A stretch of DNA of 63,579 nt, filler included. It is 4 parts of 4 records of this genome, joined end to end, with 100 filler letters (N's around TTAATTAATTAA, not from the genome) between each part and the next. Parts side by side here need not be neighbours in the genome. Positions count along the whole stretch, not along the records: positions 43,395 to 63,579 come from SRR2962707_2261; 3 more parts are not named here. The stretch is one strand, 5' to 3'. The notes beneath the pieces are model-generated. The model made no database searches, was not told the DNA's origin, and saw only the letters and a program-made list of their open reading frames with translations. The position numbers and the translations under genes were made by a program. Of this stretch, positions 43,585-54,429 are shown in pieces; position 1 is the first letter of the stretch; each line of letters starts with the position of its first letter.

Positions 43585-43592
43585 TATTTTTG
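43585..43592 (+). promoter_or_regulatory. Bacteroidota -7 promoter element TAnnTTTG upstream of ndk
   Basis: TATTTTTG 44 nt before the ATG; the same element precedes dxs (44915), the dipeptidase (55343) and pruA (58450). Confidence 0.6.
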
Positions 43593-43635
43593 CGCCGATT
43601 TTTAAAAAAGAGCACAAATTTTCAAAAAATAAGTA

Positions 43636-44055
43636 ATGGCAGGAAAAACAACATTTACAATGATTAAGCCGGATGCTTTTGCAGCAGGCAATTCAGGTGC
43701 AATCATCAAAATAATCGAAGAGGCAGGATTTGAACTTAAAGCCGCAAAATTGACTAAACTTTCTTCTGAAAGAGCTGGACAGTTCTACGAAGTACACAAG
43801 GAGCGTCCATTCTACAACGACCTTGTTTCTTATATGTCATCTGGACCAATCATAGCGATGGTTTTGGAGAAAGACAATGCTGTGGAAGATTTCAGAAAGC
43901 TTATCGGAGCAACAAATCCTGCTGAAGCTGCTGAGGGTACTATCAGAAAGCTGTTTGCTAAGTCAATCGAAGCAAATGCAATTCACGGTTCTGATTCTGA
44001 TGAAAATGCTGCCATTGAAGCAGGCTTTTTCTTCTCTCGAACTGAGAGATTCTAA
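43636..44055 (+). CDS. ndk: Nucleoside-diphosphate kinase
   Basis: TFTMIKPDA and NAIHGSDS motifs. Confidence 0.97.
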   Translation: MAGKTTFTMIKPDAFAAGNSGAIIKIIEEAGFELKAAKLTKLSSERAGQFYEVHKERPFYNDLVSYMSSGPIIAMVLEKDNAVEDFRKLIGATNPAEAAEGTIRKLFAKSIEANAIHGSDSDENAAIEAGFFFSRTERF

Positions 44056-44072
44056 AAATATCCAACCCACGA

Positions 44073-44852
44073 TTACTTCGATTGATCGTGGGTTACTTTA
44101 TTGCTTTCATCCCTTCTTTCGATCCAGAAATTATTAAAGCCTTCACCCAACTGGATCACAATCTGCTTCAACTGAAGTAATTCAAGAATTGATAAGAAAT
44201 TGTAGATAACAAGGATTTTATCTGGTTTTTCTTCAATCATTTCGGTAAAAGCGAGACGCTTTCCATACACCAATCGCTCCATCAACTTCGCTTTTTGTTT
44301 CTCGATTGTATATGGATACTGCACAACCTGATGCACCGGCTTGTTTTGTTCAAACTCGTAGCGTTTCATCACCTTTTGAAACACTTTCATCATTTTGTAT
44401 AGATCCAGATCCTGGAGCTCAGCCTCAACATTGATGGTTTCAGATAAGTGTCGGATTTCCTTTTTAAGGTTGCCACGTTTCTCCCTGTTCATGCGATCTG
44501 CCTCCATATCTGCAAGAGTGGCAACAACAGATTTATATTTCTTGTATTCCAACAGGTGCTTGACCAGTTCCTCACGAGGATCTATTTCATTTCCTTCTTC
44601 ATCAATGACCGGTCTGGGCAATAACATCTTGGCTTTGATGCGCATAAGAGTGGCTGCAACAAGAATAAATTCACTCGCTACCTCTACATTCATTTTTTCA
44701 AGATGAGCTAGATATTCCAGAAAGTCATCCGTGATTTTAGAAATGGGAATGTCATAAATATCCAACTCATCTCTTTCTATAAAGAAGAGAAGTAAGTCAA
44801 ATGGTCCCTCAAAAAGGGGGAGTTTTATCTCGAATTTTTGGTCTGTAGCCAC
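44073..44852 (-). CDS. scpA: Segregation and condensation protein A
   Basis: FEGPFDLLL, DIYDIPIS and FLSILEL motifs. Confidence 0.93.
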   Translation of the reverse strand: MATDQKFEIKLPLFEGPFDLLLFFIERDELDIYDIPISKITDDFLEYLAHLEKMNVEVASEFILVAATLMRIKAKMLLPRPVIDEEGNEIDPREELVKHLLEYKKYKSVVATLADMEADRMNREKRGNLKKEIRHLSETINVEAELQDLDLYKMMKVFQKVMKRYEFEQNKPVHQVVQYPYTIEKQKAKLMERLVYGKRLAFTEMIEEKPDKILVIYNFLSILELLQLKQIVIQLGEGFNNFWIERRDESNKVTHDQSK

Positions 44853-44997
44853 AGCTCAAAATTACCCAGAATGATGAATTTGAACTTAATTAAATTACCT
44901 TTCAATTGAATTAGTAGTTTTGCAAACTATCTCATAACCAAATGAAACATATCCAAACATTCTGAGTATCATTTAGTTTGGTAGAAATACATCGCAT

Positions 44998-46914
44998 ATG
45001 GAGATAAAACCCGGACCACTTCTAGCAGGAATCAATTCGCCAGCTGACCTGAAAAAGGTCGATGTAAGGCAATTGACTCAGGTTTGTCACGAGCTTCGAG
45101 AATACATCATCGACAATGTTTCAGTATACGGAGGACATTTTGGGGCAAGCTTGGGAGTAACTGAGTTGACAGTGGCACTTCACTATGTATTCAATACGCC
45201 GGAGGATCAGTTGGTTTGGGATGTAGGACACCAGGCGTATGGTCACAAAATTCTTACCGGGAGAAAGGAAAGTTTCCACACGAATAGAAAATACAAAGGC
45301 ATATCGGGCTTCCCTAAGCGAAGCGAAAGTGAATATGATACTTTTGGAGTAGGTCACTCTTCAACTTCAATTTCGGCAGCCTTAGGAATGGCCGAGGGAT
45401 CTAAACTCAAAAATGATCCAAACAAGCAACATATTGCCGTAATCGGGGATGGCGCCATGACCGGAGGGATGGCCTTTGAAGCGATGAATCATGCAGGTGT
45501 TTCGAATTCAAATTTGTTGATCGTCCTGAATGATAATTGCATGTCGATCGATCCGAATGTGGGGGCTTTAAAAGACTATTTAACGGATATCACCACAAGC
45601 CAAACGTACAACAAGATCAAAGATGAAGTTTGGAAGATTCTTGGTAAGCTGAGCAAGTTTGGACCTAATGCACAGGAGATTGCGGCGAAAGTGGAGCACT
45701 CCATGAAATCACTTTTGCTTAAACAAAGCAATCTTTTTGAATCATTAAATCTGAGATATTTCGGGCCGATTGATGGCCATGATGTAAACCACCTCGTGGA
45801 TGTGATGGAGGATCTTAAAAAGATTCCAGGGCCAAAGATTTTGCATTGCTTGACAGTAAAAGGAAAAGGTTATGCGCTGGCAGAGAAAGATCAGACGCTG
45901 TGGCATGCCCCTGGCACTTTTGATAAAATTACTGGCGCAATCAACAAGAAAACCCATGACACTCCTCAGCCGCCTAAATACCAAGATGTATTCGGTCATA
46001 CCTTGGTTGAAATAGCCAAGAAAAATGATAAAGTGGTTGGGATAACGCCAGCCATGCCTTCAGGTTCATCCATGAAGATCATGATGGAGGAGATGCCGGA
46101 AAGATCCTATGATGTAGGTATTGCTGAGCAACATGCTGTCACTTTTTCAGCAGGATTGGCTACTCAGGGCATGATTCCTTTCTGCAACATATACAGCTCC
46201 TTTATGCAAAGAGCGTATGATCAGGTGATTCATGATGTATGTATACAAAAACTTCCTGTTGTACTCTGTATGGATAGGGCCGGTGTAGCTGGAGCTGACG
46301 GGCCGACCCATCATGGAGCATATGATATTGCCTATATGAGATGTATTCCGCATATGGTGGTTTCAGCCCCTCTTAACGAGCAGGAATTACGAAATCTCAT
46401 GTATACTGCCAGCGAGCACAATGGCCCGTTCTCAATCCGATATCCGCGTGGAAATGGTGTTATGCCGGAGTGGAGAACTCCGCTGGAGAAAATCGAAATT
46501 GGCACAGGTCAAAAATTGGTAGAGGGTGAAGAAGTAGCCATTTTATCTATTGGTCATATCGGAAATTATGCACTATCTGCCGCGGCTGAATTGGCGAAGG
46601 AGGGGATAAATCCCGCAGTTTACGATATGCGTTTTGTAAAACCACTTGATGAAGCCTTGCTTCATGAAATATTCAAGAAATTCAAAAAGGTAGTGACGAT
46701 TGAAGATGGTTGCGTCATGGGGGGATTTGGTTCTGCGGTTCTTGAGTTTGTCGCAGATCATCAATACACTGCACATATCAAGCGTTTAGGTATTCCCGAT
46801 AGAATCGTGGAGCATGGTGAACAACCGCAGCTTCATAAAGAATGTGGATATGATGAGGAGGCAATTAAAAATGCGGTCTACGACCTGATCGCTAAAAAAG
46901 AGGTGCTCGCCTAA
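44998..46914 (+). CDS. dxs: 1-deoxy-D-xylulose-5-phosphate synthase
   Basis: WDVGHQAY, GDGAMTGG...NDN, DVGIAEQHA and DGPTHHG motifs. Confidence 0.97.
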   Translation: MEIKPGPLLAGINSPADLKKVDVRQLTQVCHELREYIIDNVSVYGGHFGASLGVTELTVALHYVFNTPEDQLVWDVGHQAYGHKILTGRKESFHTNRKYKGISGFPKRSESEYDTFGVGHSSTSISAALGMAEGSKLKNDPNKQHIAVIGDGAMTGGMAFEAMNHAGVSNSNLLIVLNDNCMSIDPNVGALKDYLTDITTSQTYNKIKDEVWKILGKLSKFGPNAQEIAAKVEHSMKSLLLKQSNLFESLNLRYFGPIDGHDVNHLVDVMEDLKKIPGPKILHCLTVKGKGYALAEKDQTLWHAPGTFDKITGAINKKTHDTPQPPKYQDVFGHTLVEIAKKNDKVVGITPAMPSGSSMKIMMEEMPERSYDVGIAEQHAVTFSAGLATQGMIPFCNIYSSFMQRAYDQVIHDVCIQKLPVVLCMDRAGVAGADGPTHHGAYDIAYMRCIPHMVVSAPLNEQELRNLMYTASEHNGPFSIRYPRGNGVMPEWRTPLEKIEIGTGQKLVEGEEVAILSIGHIGNYALSAAAELAKEGINPAVYDMRFVKPLDEALLHEIFKKFKKVVTIEDGCVMGGFGSAVLEFVADHQYTAHIKRLGIPDRIVEHGEQPQLHKECGYDEEAIKNAVYDLIAKKEVLA

Positions 46915-46980
46915 AAGAGGGTCCAACTAAACCAACTCTCCTCCAACTTTGTTGGAAATTTAGTATTTTAAGTATTGAAC

Positions 46981-48465
46981 ATGAGAGTGCCACCTACTTA
47001 TACCGTTCTCTTATCAATCTTATTGTTGATCATTTCAGGTTGTAGACAATCTACGTCTAGTGCCACTGGTTCAGATATCAAGGATCGGGAAGAATTCATT
47101 GCTGACTTTGATCTGGATAAAATCAAAGAAAGAGGTTATCTCGTGGCAATTATGGACAATAGCTCTACCGGGCTATTTGTCTACAAAGGAAAAACAATGG
47201 GCTATGAGTATGAGCTGCTGAAAATGTTTTGCCAGGAACAGAATATCCAACTTCGGATCAACATTACACAAAATCTTAAGGAAGCCTTCAACAAACTGAA
47301 TACTGGAGAAGGCGACATCATGGCCTATAATCTTACCGTAACGAAAGAACGGAAGAAAAGAATAGATTTTACACATTACCACAATCTCCAAAGACAGGTG
47401 TTGATACAGCGAAAACCGGATAATTGGAGAGAGCTCAAACTGCATGAAATAGAAGCACAGTTGATCCGAAATCCGGTAGAATTAATTGGTCGGGAAGTTG
47501 TGGTGAGACCTTACTCTTCCTACTATGACAGGTTGGCGAATTTGTCGGATGAGATTGGGGGTGACATTAAAATTGTACCCGGAGACACCAATGTAGAAAC
47601 TGAACAGCTTATTCGGATGGTTGCCGAAGGAAAGATTGATTACACGGTAGCAGAAGAAGACATTGCCCTGGTCAATTCCACCTATTATCCCAACTTGGAT
47701 ATCAAAACACCTGTTAGCTTCCCCACACAAATTGCATGGGGTGTTAGAAAGAATGCTGTTGATCTACTTTCGGCATTAAATAGCTGGATAGATCGGATGA
47801 GAAAGACCACTGATTACTACGTGATTTATGACAAGTATTTCAAAAGTTCTAAGTCTGCATTGCGAAGATCCAGAAGCCGGTATTCCACAATAAATGGTGA
47901 GACAGGTGATATCTCACCCTATGATTCATTGATCCAGGAGGCGGCCGCCAAATTGGATTGGGATTGGTACCTACTTGCAGCACAGATATTTCGTGAATCA
48001 AAATTCAATGCGAAGGCTGAATCATGGGCCGGTGCTATCGGATTGATGCAAGTCATGCCTCGTACAGGGAACGAGTATGGGGTTAAGAATTTGTACAACG
48101 CAGAAGAAAATATGTATGCTGGAACCCAGCATCTGCTTTGGCTGCAGGAGCAATGGATGGATAAAATTGTAGATAAAAATGAACGCATAAAATTTGTCCT
48201 CGCCTCCTATAATGTAGGACTGGGTCATTTGCAGGATGCTGTAAGGTTGACAAAGAAGTATGGTGGGGACCCTACTAGTTGGACTGACGTTAGTAGCTAC
48301 CTTTTGAAGAAATCGTATAAAAAATACTTCACTGATCCGGTGGTTGAATTTGGCTACTGCAGGGGTTCCGAGCCCGTGGAATATGTAAACAGAGTGCTCG
48401 ACATTTATCAGAATTACAAAGAGATTCTCAAAATCACATCACCGCAAGGGGAGTTGGCCAGTTAG
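46981..48465 (+). CDS. MltF-like lytic transglycosylase (substrate-binding domain plus SLT), lipoprotein
   Basis: Lipobox ISGC; GYEYELL; SLT motifs RESKF, GLMQVMP and ASYNVG. Confidence 0.85.
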   Translation: MRVPPTYTVLLSILLLIISGCRQSTSSATGSDIKDREEFIADFDLDKIKERGYLVAIMDNSSTGLFVYKGKTMGYEYELLKMFCQEQNIQLRINITQNLKEAFNKLNTGEGDIMAYNLTVTKERKKRIDFTHYHNLQRQVLIQRKPDNWRELKLHEIEAQLIRNPVELIGREVVVRPYSSYYDRLANLSDEIGGDIKIVPGDTNVETEQLIRMVAEGKIDYTVAEEDIALVNSTYYPNLDIKTPVSFPTQIAWGVRKNAVDLLSALNSWIDRMRKTTDYYVIYDKYFKSSKSALRRSRSRYSTINGETGDISPYDSLIQEAAAKLDWDWYLLAAQIFRESKFNAKAESWAGAIGLMQVMPRTGNEYGVKNLYNAEENMYAGTQHLLWLQEQWMDKIVDKNERIKFVLASYNVGLGHLQDAVRLTKKYGGDPTSWTDVSSYLLKKSYKKYFTDPVVEFGYCRGSEPVEYVNRVLDIYQNYKEILKITSPQGELAS

Positions 48466-48584
48466 CAGATAAGACCACTGAAAAACCACTGATCATAAAA
48501 TCTGGGGTTACTTCAGGGGCTCTCACCGTATGTATCTAAACCTTCCTTATCTTTAAGTCTTCGTTTCATAATCATTACCACTGA

Positions 48585-49031
48585 ATGAATAATCAACACG
48601 AAATTCTACTTGAAGAGTATCATAAAATACGTAAGTCTGACCTATCCATAGATCAGTTTACTTATATCTTGAAAATTTACCCTTCTCTTTTGGTTTGCAT
48701 GAGTGATGGCAAACTAGACAAAGAAGAATGGGACGGGGTTCTTAATATTTCAAAAGGACTCGCACTGCTATACCTGGATCAGATGCCTAATACGAACGCT
48801 GAAAAGGTTGAAAATCTTTTTAGAACCGAGTTCAGATACCTTTTGGAAAACATTGACAAGTGGGAAAAGAAGTTTCTGAACACACTCAAGAACTATCTGG
48901 AAGAGCATCCGGGCGAAAAGGAGTTTGTATATGAGGCGATGTATCTGTTTGCGAATGCTGCTGATGGTATTTCACACGACGAGCAACGTTCTATCGATCA
49001 ACTCTCTAGCCGCCTTTCTTTAGAGTATTAA
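48585..49031 (+). CDS. Hypothetical protein, possibly TerB-like
   Basis: SDGKLDKEE and ADGISHDE motifs resemble TerB; 3' end overlaps convergent kmo. Confidence 0.55.
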   Translation: MNNQHEILLEEYHKIRKSDLSIDQFTYILKIYPSLLVCMSDGKLDKEEWDGVLNISKGLALLYLDQMPNTNAEKVENLFRTEFRYLLENIDKWEKKFLNTLKNYLEEHPGEKEFVYEAMYLFANAADGISHDEQRSIDQLSSRLSLEY

Positions 49032-50322
49032 ATCGGTCAATCAGTTTCTGAAAGTCAATATTCTCTGGGGACTGTGTGAGCACATCAGTCATAATTTCAT
49101 GTTGGATTTTACCTAATCTAAGTGCTTCTGAATAGGATAAATCCGAGAATGTAACCATGCTGTATAATGGTATCCAGTCTTCAGGGTAAGCATTTTGAAT
49201 TTGACTTTCCAGTTTTTTGCGTTTCAGGAAATTAGGATCGCCTACGTGATCTCGCATCTCAATGAAATTATGTAGGGCCAACTCTGATATTGCGTCTGCA
49301 TCTTTCTTTCGAGATGTTGAAAATGCAGGCAGAATGCTGTCCCAGTTCCAGTCCATTTGCTCTGCCATTTCAACAAATAAACGAACGTCTTCAAACCCGG
49401 AATTCATGCCCTGCCCATAAAAAGGCACAATGGCATGAGCAGAATCACCAAGCAGGATTGTTCGTTCCTTATGCCAAGGAAAGCATTTGACTGTGACAAG
49501 TGAGGAGGTAGGGTTTTTCGTGAATTGTGTCGTAAGATTCGGGATCAATTCAATCACATCCGGGAAATATTTTTGAAAGAATGCATTCACCTCACCCTCA
49601 GTATTTATTTCTGAAAATGATGGACTTCCTTCAAAAGGGAAAAACAAAGTGACGGTGAAAGTTTTGTCTGCATTGGGCAAGGCAATCAACATGAAATTAC
49701 CTCTGGGCCAGATGTGTAAATAATTAGGTTCAAGGCCAAATTCGCCTTTGATTGGCTCGATTGCTAATTCCTTATAACCATGTTCAATATAATGTTGTGA
49801 GTAGTTGAATCGATCTGTGAATTGCAAATGCTTTCTGATGGCAGAAAAGGCCCCATCTGTACCAATGATCAAATCAGATTTGATGGTCTTTCCATTTTCA
49901 AAGGTCACCTCACTTTTTTCGAAATCAACCTCCTCACACTTATAGTCGAAAAAGACCTCAACGCCAGCTTTTTCAGCTTCCTCTATTAGCGTTTCGTTGA
50001 GTTGAGCACGTGATACCGAGTTAATATATTGACCTTCTTTGCCATATGGCTGAAAAGTGAGTTTTCCCACTTCATCATGCATCATTCGCCCATTCATTGG
50101 AATAAGAAATGGTTCGATCTTGCTAAAGACTCCAGCCGCTTGCATTGGAAGGATGCCTCTTCTGCTCAAGGCAAGGTTGATTGATCTTCCTTCCGCTACT
50201 TCAGATTTCCTGGGGTCGCTTCTTTTTTCGAAAATAGATACTTGAAACCCCTTTTGCTTAAGTAATAATGCCAGAAGTGAGCCGACTAATCCAGCTCCTA
50301 CAATGCTGATTTTATCCTTCAT
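49006..50322 (-). CDS. kmo: Kynurenine 3-monooxygenase
   Basis: GAGLVG, GRSINLALSRRG, HIWPRG and GDSAHAIVPFYGQGMN motifs. Confidence 0.95.
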   Translation of the reverse strand: MKDKISIVGAGLVGSLLALLLKQKGFQVSIFEKRSDPRKSEVAEGRSINLALSRRGILPMQAAGVFSKIEPFLIPMNGRMMHDEVGKLTFQPYGKEGQYINSVSRAQLNETLIEEAEKAGVEVFFDYKCEEVDFEKSEVTFENGKTIKSDLIIGTDGAFSAIRKHLQFTDRFNYSQHYIEHGYKELAIEPIKGEFGLEPNYLHIWPRGNFMLIALPNADKTFTVTLFFPFEGSPSFSEINTEGEVNAFFQKYFPDVIELIPNLTTQFTKNPTSSLVTVKCFPWHKERTILLGDSAHAIVPFYGQGMNSGFEDVRLFVEMAEQMDWNWDSILPAFSTSRKKDADAISELALHNFIEMRDHVGDPNFLKRKKLESQIQNAYPEDWIPLYSMVTFSDLSYSEALRLGKIQHEIMTDVLTQSPENIDFQKLIDRFNTLKKGG

Positions 50323-51586
50323 TTTGAATAGCCTCCTCTAATATGGTAACAAATGAATATACATCGTTGAATGAGTTATAGAGTGGGACAGGTGCAACCC
50401 TGATGACGTTTGGTTCCCGCCAATCCAAAATAACTCCTTTGGAAACGATGGACTCAAAAACACTCTTACCATGGTTCAACAAGTAGAGAGATAATTGGCA
50501 TCCACGTTCTTCGGGATTGGTTGGGGTGAGAATTTTAATGTTTTTGCTTAAACGCTCACTTGATTGAATCATCTCCTCCATTAGACCAGTTAGCTTGATG
50601 CTTTTGGCCCTGAGATTTTCTATACCTGCCTCATCAAATACTTTGAGAGAGGCCAGATGTGCAGCATGAGACAAAATACTCACATTACTTAATTGCCAAC
50701 CATCCACTGTTGGGATAGGATTAATTTGATTGGCCATTTTAAAACGCACCTCTGCATCGTGTCCCCACCAGCCGGAGAGCCTTGGTAACTCCTTATTTTG
50801 ACCGTGTTTCTCATGGATAAATAATCCACCCACACCACCCGGTCCTGAATTCAGGTATTTATAGGTGCACCAGACAGCAAAATCAGCTTCGTCATCATGA
50901 AGCTTCAAAGGCAAGTTGCCTACTGCATGTGCCAGGTCAAAACCTACGTAAGCACCAACCTTATGGGCAGCTTGTGTGATACTTCTTAAATCAAAAAATT
51001 GACCAGTGTAATACTGAACTCCCGGAAACATAACTAGGGCAAGCTCATCACCAATTGATTCAATCGTTTTGATAATCTCCTCAGTGGACAGGTAATCCGA
51101 CCCATCAGAAGACTCAAGTTCTACCAGATCTTCTGTTGGATTTCCTCCTTTCATTACAATTTGAGAATGGACTGCATAGAAATCGCTTGGGAATGCCCCT
51201 TTCTCAATTAAAATCTTTGATCTCTTACCATTTGGATGATAAAAACTAGCCATCGCAAAATGCAGGTTCGAAGTAAGGTTGTTCATAGCAACCACTTCTG
51301 TAGTATTGGCACCCACGAGCCGGGCCAACGACTCTTTCGAATTTTGGTGATAGCTCACCCATGGTTTGTCACCTGTGAAGTGTCCCTCTACTCCATGATC
51401 CCTCCAGTGTTTCAATTCGGCATCCACAAATTGTTGAGTGGCAGCAGGCTGTAAGCCAAGGGAGTTGCCACATAGATATATGCAGTCTTTTCCGTCTTTT
51501 TTGGGGAAATGAAATTGGAGTCTGAAACGAGCTAGTTTATCATTTTGGTCTAGTTCGTCAGCTTTTTCGTTATATGAGGTGTCCAA
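50312..51586 (-). CDS. kynU: Kynureninase
   Basis: YLCGNSLGLQP, DLAHAVGN, WCTYKYLNSGPG and GWWGH motifs. Confidence 0.96.
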   Translation of the reverse strand: MDTSYNEKADELDQNDKLARFRLQFHFPKKDGKDCIYLCGNSLGLQPAATQQFVDAELKHWRDHGVEGHFTGDKPWVSYHQNSKESLARLVGANTTEVVAMNNLTSNLHFAMASFYHPNGKRSKILIEKGAFPSDFYAVHSQIVMKGGNPTEDLVELESSDGSDYLSTEEIIKTIESIGDELALVMFPGVQYYTGQFFDLRSITQAAHKVGAYVGFDLAHAVGNLPLKLHDDEADFAVWCTYKYLNSGPGGVGGLFIHEKHGQNKELPRLSGWWGHDAEVRFKMANQINPIPTVDGWQLSNVSILSHAAHLASLKVFDEAGIENLRAKSIKLTGLMEEMIQSSERLSKNIKILTPTNPEERGCQLSLYLLNHGKSVFESIVSKGVILDWREPNVIRVAPVPLYNSFNDVYSFVTILEEAIQNEG

Positions 51587-51590
51587 AGTT

Positions 51591-52121
51591 CTAATCTGTA
51601 AAGCGTGGGTCAGTTTCCATTACGTGACCGCAATTATCGCAAGTTCTTAATTCTTCTGAGTTGTAAAACTCTTTAAATCTGGGAAGGAAATCCTTTTCGA
51701 TATTAGTCAATTGAAAATAGGTGTCATGCAGCTTATTGTTGCAGTTGTCACAAAACCACATCAACCCATCCTTATGGTCAGGCTCCCGCTTTCGTTCAAT
51801 GACCAATCCAACTGTATTGGCAGGACGCGCAGGAGAGTGAGGAACCTTGGCCGGGTGTAAATACATTTCTCCCTCTTTAATTGGCACTTTCACAGCTTTA
51901 CCATCCTCCTGAATGGTAACCTCAATATCACCTTCAAGCTGGTAGAACAACTCCTCCGTTTCATTGTAATGGTAATCTTTTCGTGCATTTGGCCCACCTA
52001 CGATCATGACAATGTAATCACCAGCATCCGCATATAAATTTTTATTGCCGACAGGAGGTTTAAGGATATCCCGATTTTCATCTATCCATTTCTGAAGGTT
52101 GAAGGGTCTTTTTATCGCCAT
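51591..52121 (-). CDS. nbaC: 3-hydroxyanthranilate 3,4-dioxygenase
   Basis: LKPPVGNK, GGPNARKDYH, PHSP and CxxC...CxxC motifs. Confidence 0.95.
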   Translation of the reverse strand: MAIKRPFNLQKWIDENRDILKPPVGNKNLYADAGDYIVMIVGGPNARKDYHYNETEELFYQLEGDIEVTIQEDGKAVKVPIKEGEMYLHPAKVPHSPARPANTVGLVIERKREPDHKDGLMWFCDNCNNKLHDTYFQLTNIEKDFLPRFKEFYNSEELRTCDNCGHVMETDPRFTD

Positions 52122-52162
52122 GACAGAGATGTTTATTTTTGACAAAAAGTTAACGAAAAATC

Positions 52163-52939
52163 ATGGATTTAAACCTTAAAGGAAGAAGAGCTTTGGTTTG
52201 TGGAAGCACGCAGGGAATGGGCCTGGCGATTGCCAAAGAATTAGCACATCTTGGCGCAAGAGTTACACTATTTGCTCGCAACGAGAATGCCTTGCAATAT
52301 GTGGTGCAACAATTGGAAGGGGAAGGACATGATTATCTGGTAGCGGATTTTGATGACCTGGATAAGGTCAAGTCTCAGGTTGAAGGTGCACTTTCTAAAG
52401 GGGACTATCAAATTCTGATCAACAATACCGGAGGGCCAGCCCCTGGGCCTTTGTCGGACGCCTCTCTTGAGGAGTTTGATAAGGCGCTGAGCAGGCACCT
52501 TCATGTGAGTCACACACTTACGCAGTTGCTTCTTGAAGGCATGGAAAAAGTCAATTATGGAAGAATTGTCAATATCATTTCCACTTCAGTAAAAATTCCA
52601 ATCCCAAATCTTGGAGTGAGTAATACGGTGAGAGGGGCAATGGCAAGCTGGTCAAAAACCCTAGCCAATGAACTGGGACAGTATGGGATTACTGTTAACA
52701 ACATTCTACCAGGATTCATAAATACCGGACGTATCACTAGTCTCATCAGCAATAAGTCGAAGGCCTCTGGCCAATCGGAGGAGGAAGTTCAAAAGAGCAT
52801 GGTAAGCACCATTCCCGCCGGTCGATTTGGAGAGCCTGAAGAAATAGCTGCGTATGCAGCATTTTTGTGTAGCCCAAGTGGAGCATATATCAGTGGAACC
52901 AGCCTTAGGGTAGATGGTGGTAGAACCGGATCAATTTAA
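52163..52939 (+). CDS. SDR-family oxidoreductase
   Basis: CGSTQGMG and INNTGGP motifs; SNTVR in place of the catalytic YxxxK. Confidence 0.85.
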   Translation: MDLNLKGRRALVCGSTQGMGLAIAKELAHLGARVTLFARNENALQYVVQQLEGEGHDYLVADFDDLDKVKSQVEGALSKGDYQILINNTGGPAPGPLSDASLEEFDKALSRHLHVSHTLTQLLLEGMEKVNYGRIVNIISTSVKIPIPNLGVSNTVRGAMASWSKTLANELGQYGITVNNILPGFINTGRITSLISNKSKASGQSEEEVQKSMVSTIPAGRFGEPEEIAAYAAFLCSPSGAYISGTSLRVDGGRTGSI

Positions 52940-52942
52940 AAC

Positions 52943-54370
52943 ATGGAAAAAATTCAAAACTTTATAAACGGTGAATACTGTGATCCTGTAAAAGGTGGGT
53001 TCATCGATAATTATGAGCCTGGTACGGGTTCTATCTATTCACAGATACCTAACTCTAACCCTGAGGATCTCGAAAAGGCTGTTAAAGCTGCTAATGATGC
53101 CTTTCCAGCCTGGAGTAAGATGGCCATTGATAAAAGGAGCAGGATTCTGCACAAGCTTGCAGACCTGATTGAAGAAAACCTTGAAAACCTTGCTCAGGCA
53201 GAAAGTAAAGACAATGGAAAACCGCTGACTTTGGCAAGATCTGTGGATATTCCCAGGGCAAGTACAAATTTTCGGTTTTATGCTTCGGCTATTGTCAACT
53301 TTTCGTCTCAATCGCATATTGCTGAAGGCTTCATGGTCAACTATACTCGTAGAGCACCAATTGGAATTGTAGGATGTATTTCTCCCTGGAACCTGCCCCT
53401 ATATCTGTTCTCATGGAAAATTGCACCTGCATTGGCCATGGGAAACTGTGTGATTGCAAAGCCATCAGAGCTGACGCCAATGACTGCATATATGCTAGGG
53501 GAGCTGGCAAATCAGGCAGGAATGCCAAAGGGTGTTCTGAATATCCTCCATGGCGAAGGGAAAGGAATTGGCCAGGCGATCGTTGAGCATACTGCCACAA
53601 AAGCGATCTCTTTTACTGGAGGTACTACAACAGGAAAGGTGGTTGGAGCAACAGCATCTCAGCAATTCAAAAAAGTATCATTAGAACTTGGCGGCAAAAA
53701 TCCTAACCTGGTATTTGCAGATTGTGATCTGGATGAAGCAGTGACCATGAGCGTAAAGAGTTCTTTCACTAACCAGGGAGAGATTTGCCTCTGCGGATCA
53801 CGTATCTTAATCGAGGAATCGATCTACGATGAATTCAAAAAGAAATTTGTTGAGGAAACAAAGAAGCTGATTGTGGGAGATCCGGCAGATGAAAAGTCCA
53901 ATATGGGGGCGTTGGTTTCCGAAGGCCATCTGCAAAAGGTGGATTCCTATGTGAAATTGGCTGAGGAAGAAGGGGGCAACATATTGACCGGAGGCAAGCG
54001 AATCGGGCAGAAAGGATATTTCTACGAGCCTACAGTAATTGAAGGGCTGGATGAATCTTGCCGCACCAATCTTGAAGAAATATTTGGGCCGGTGGTTACT
54101 CTAAATCCATTTAAGTCAGAGGAGCAGGCAGTTCAGATCGCAAACTCCACCCGCTATGGTTTATCGTGTACCATCTGGACGAGCAATTTGAAAAGGGCCC
54201 ATCGAGTAGCACATGCTATTCAATCCGGTATTATTTGGGTTAACTGCTGGTTGCTGAGAGATTTAAGAACGCCTTTTGGAGGCATGAAAGATTCAGGAAT
54301 TGGCAGAGAAGGGGGAGAGGAAGCGTTGAGGTTCTTCTCTGAACCTCAGAATGTGTGCATTAAACTTTAG
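52943..54370 (+). CDS. Aldehyde dehydrogenase, probable 2-aminomuconate semialdehyde dehydrogenase
   Basis: ISPWNLPL, LELGGKNP, NQGEICLCGSRI and WLLRDLRTPFGG motifs; kynurenine cluster context. Confidence 0.85.
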   Translation: MEKIQNFINGEYCDPVKGGFIDNYEPGTGSIYSQIPNSNPEDLEKAVKAANDAFPAWSKMAIDKRSRILHKLADLIEENLENLAQAESKDNGKPLTLARSVDIPRASTNFRFYASAIVNFSSQSHIAEGFMVNYTRRAPIGIVGCISPWNLPLYLFSWKIAPALAMGNCVIAKPSELTPMTAYMLGELANQAGMPKGVLNILHGEGKGIGQAIVEHTATKAISFTGGTTTGKVVGATASQQFKKVSLELGGKNPNLVFADCDLDEAVTMSVKSSFTNQGEICLCGSRILIEESIYDEFKKKFVEETKKLIVGDPADEKSNMGALVSEGHLQKVDSYVKLAEEEGGNILTGGKRIGQKGYFYEPTVIEGLDESCRTNLEEIFGPVVTLNPFKSEEQAVQIANSTRYGLSCTIWTSNLKRAHRVAHAIQSGIIWVNCWLLRDLRTPFGGMKDSGIGREGGEEALRFFSEPQNVCIKL

Positions 54371-54376
54371 GCAATA

Positions 54377-54412
54377 AAAAACCCTGATTCCGAATTTCGA
54401 GATCAGGGTTTT
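54377..54412. terminator. Bidirectional Rho-independent terminator
   Basis: AAAACCCTGAT...ATCAGGGTTTT hairpin between convergent genes. Confidence 0.8.
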
Positions 54413-54429
54413 CGTTTATTTCTTGTGAA

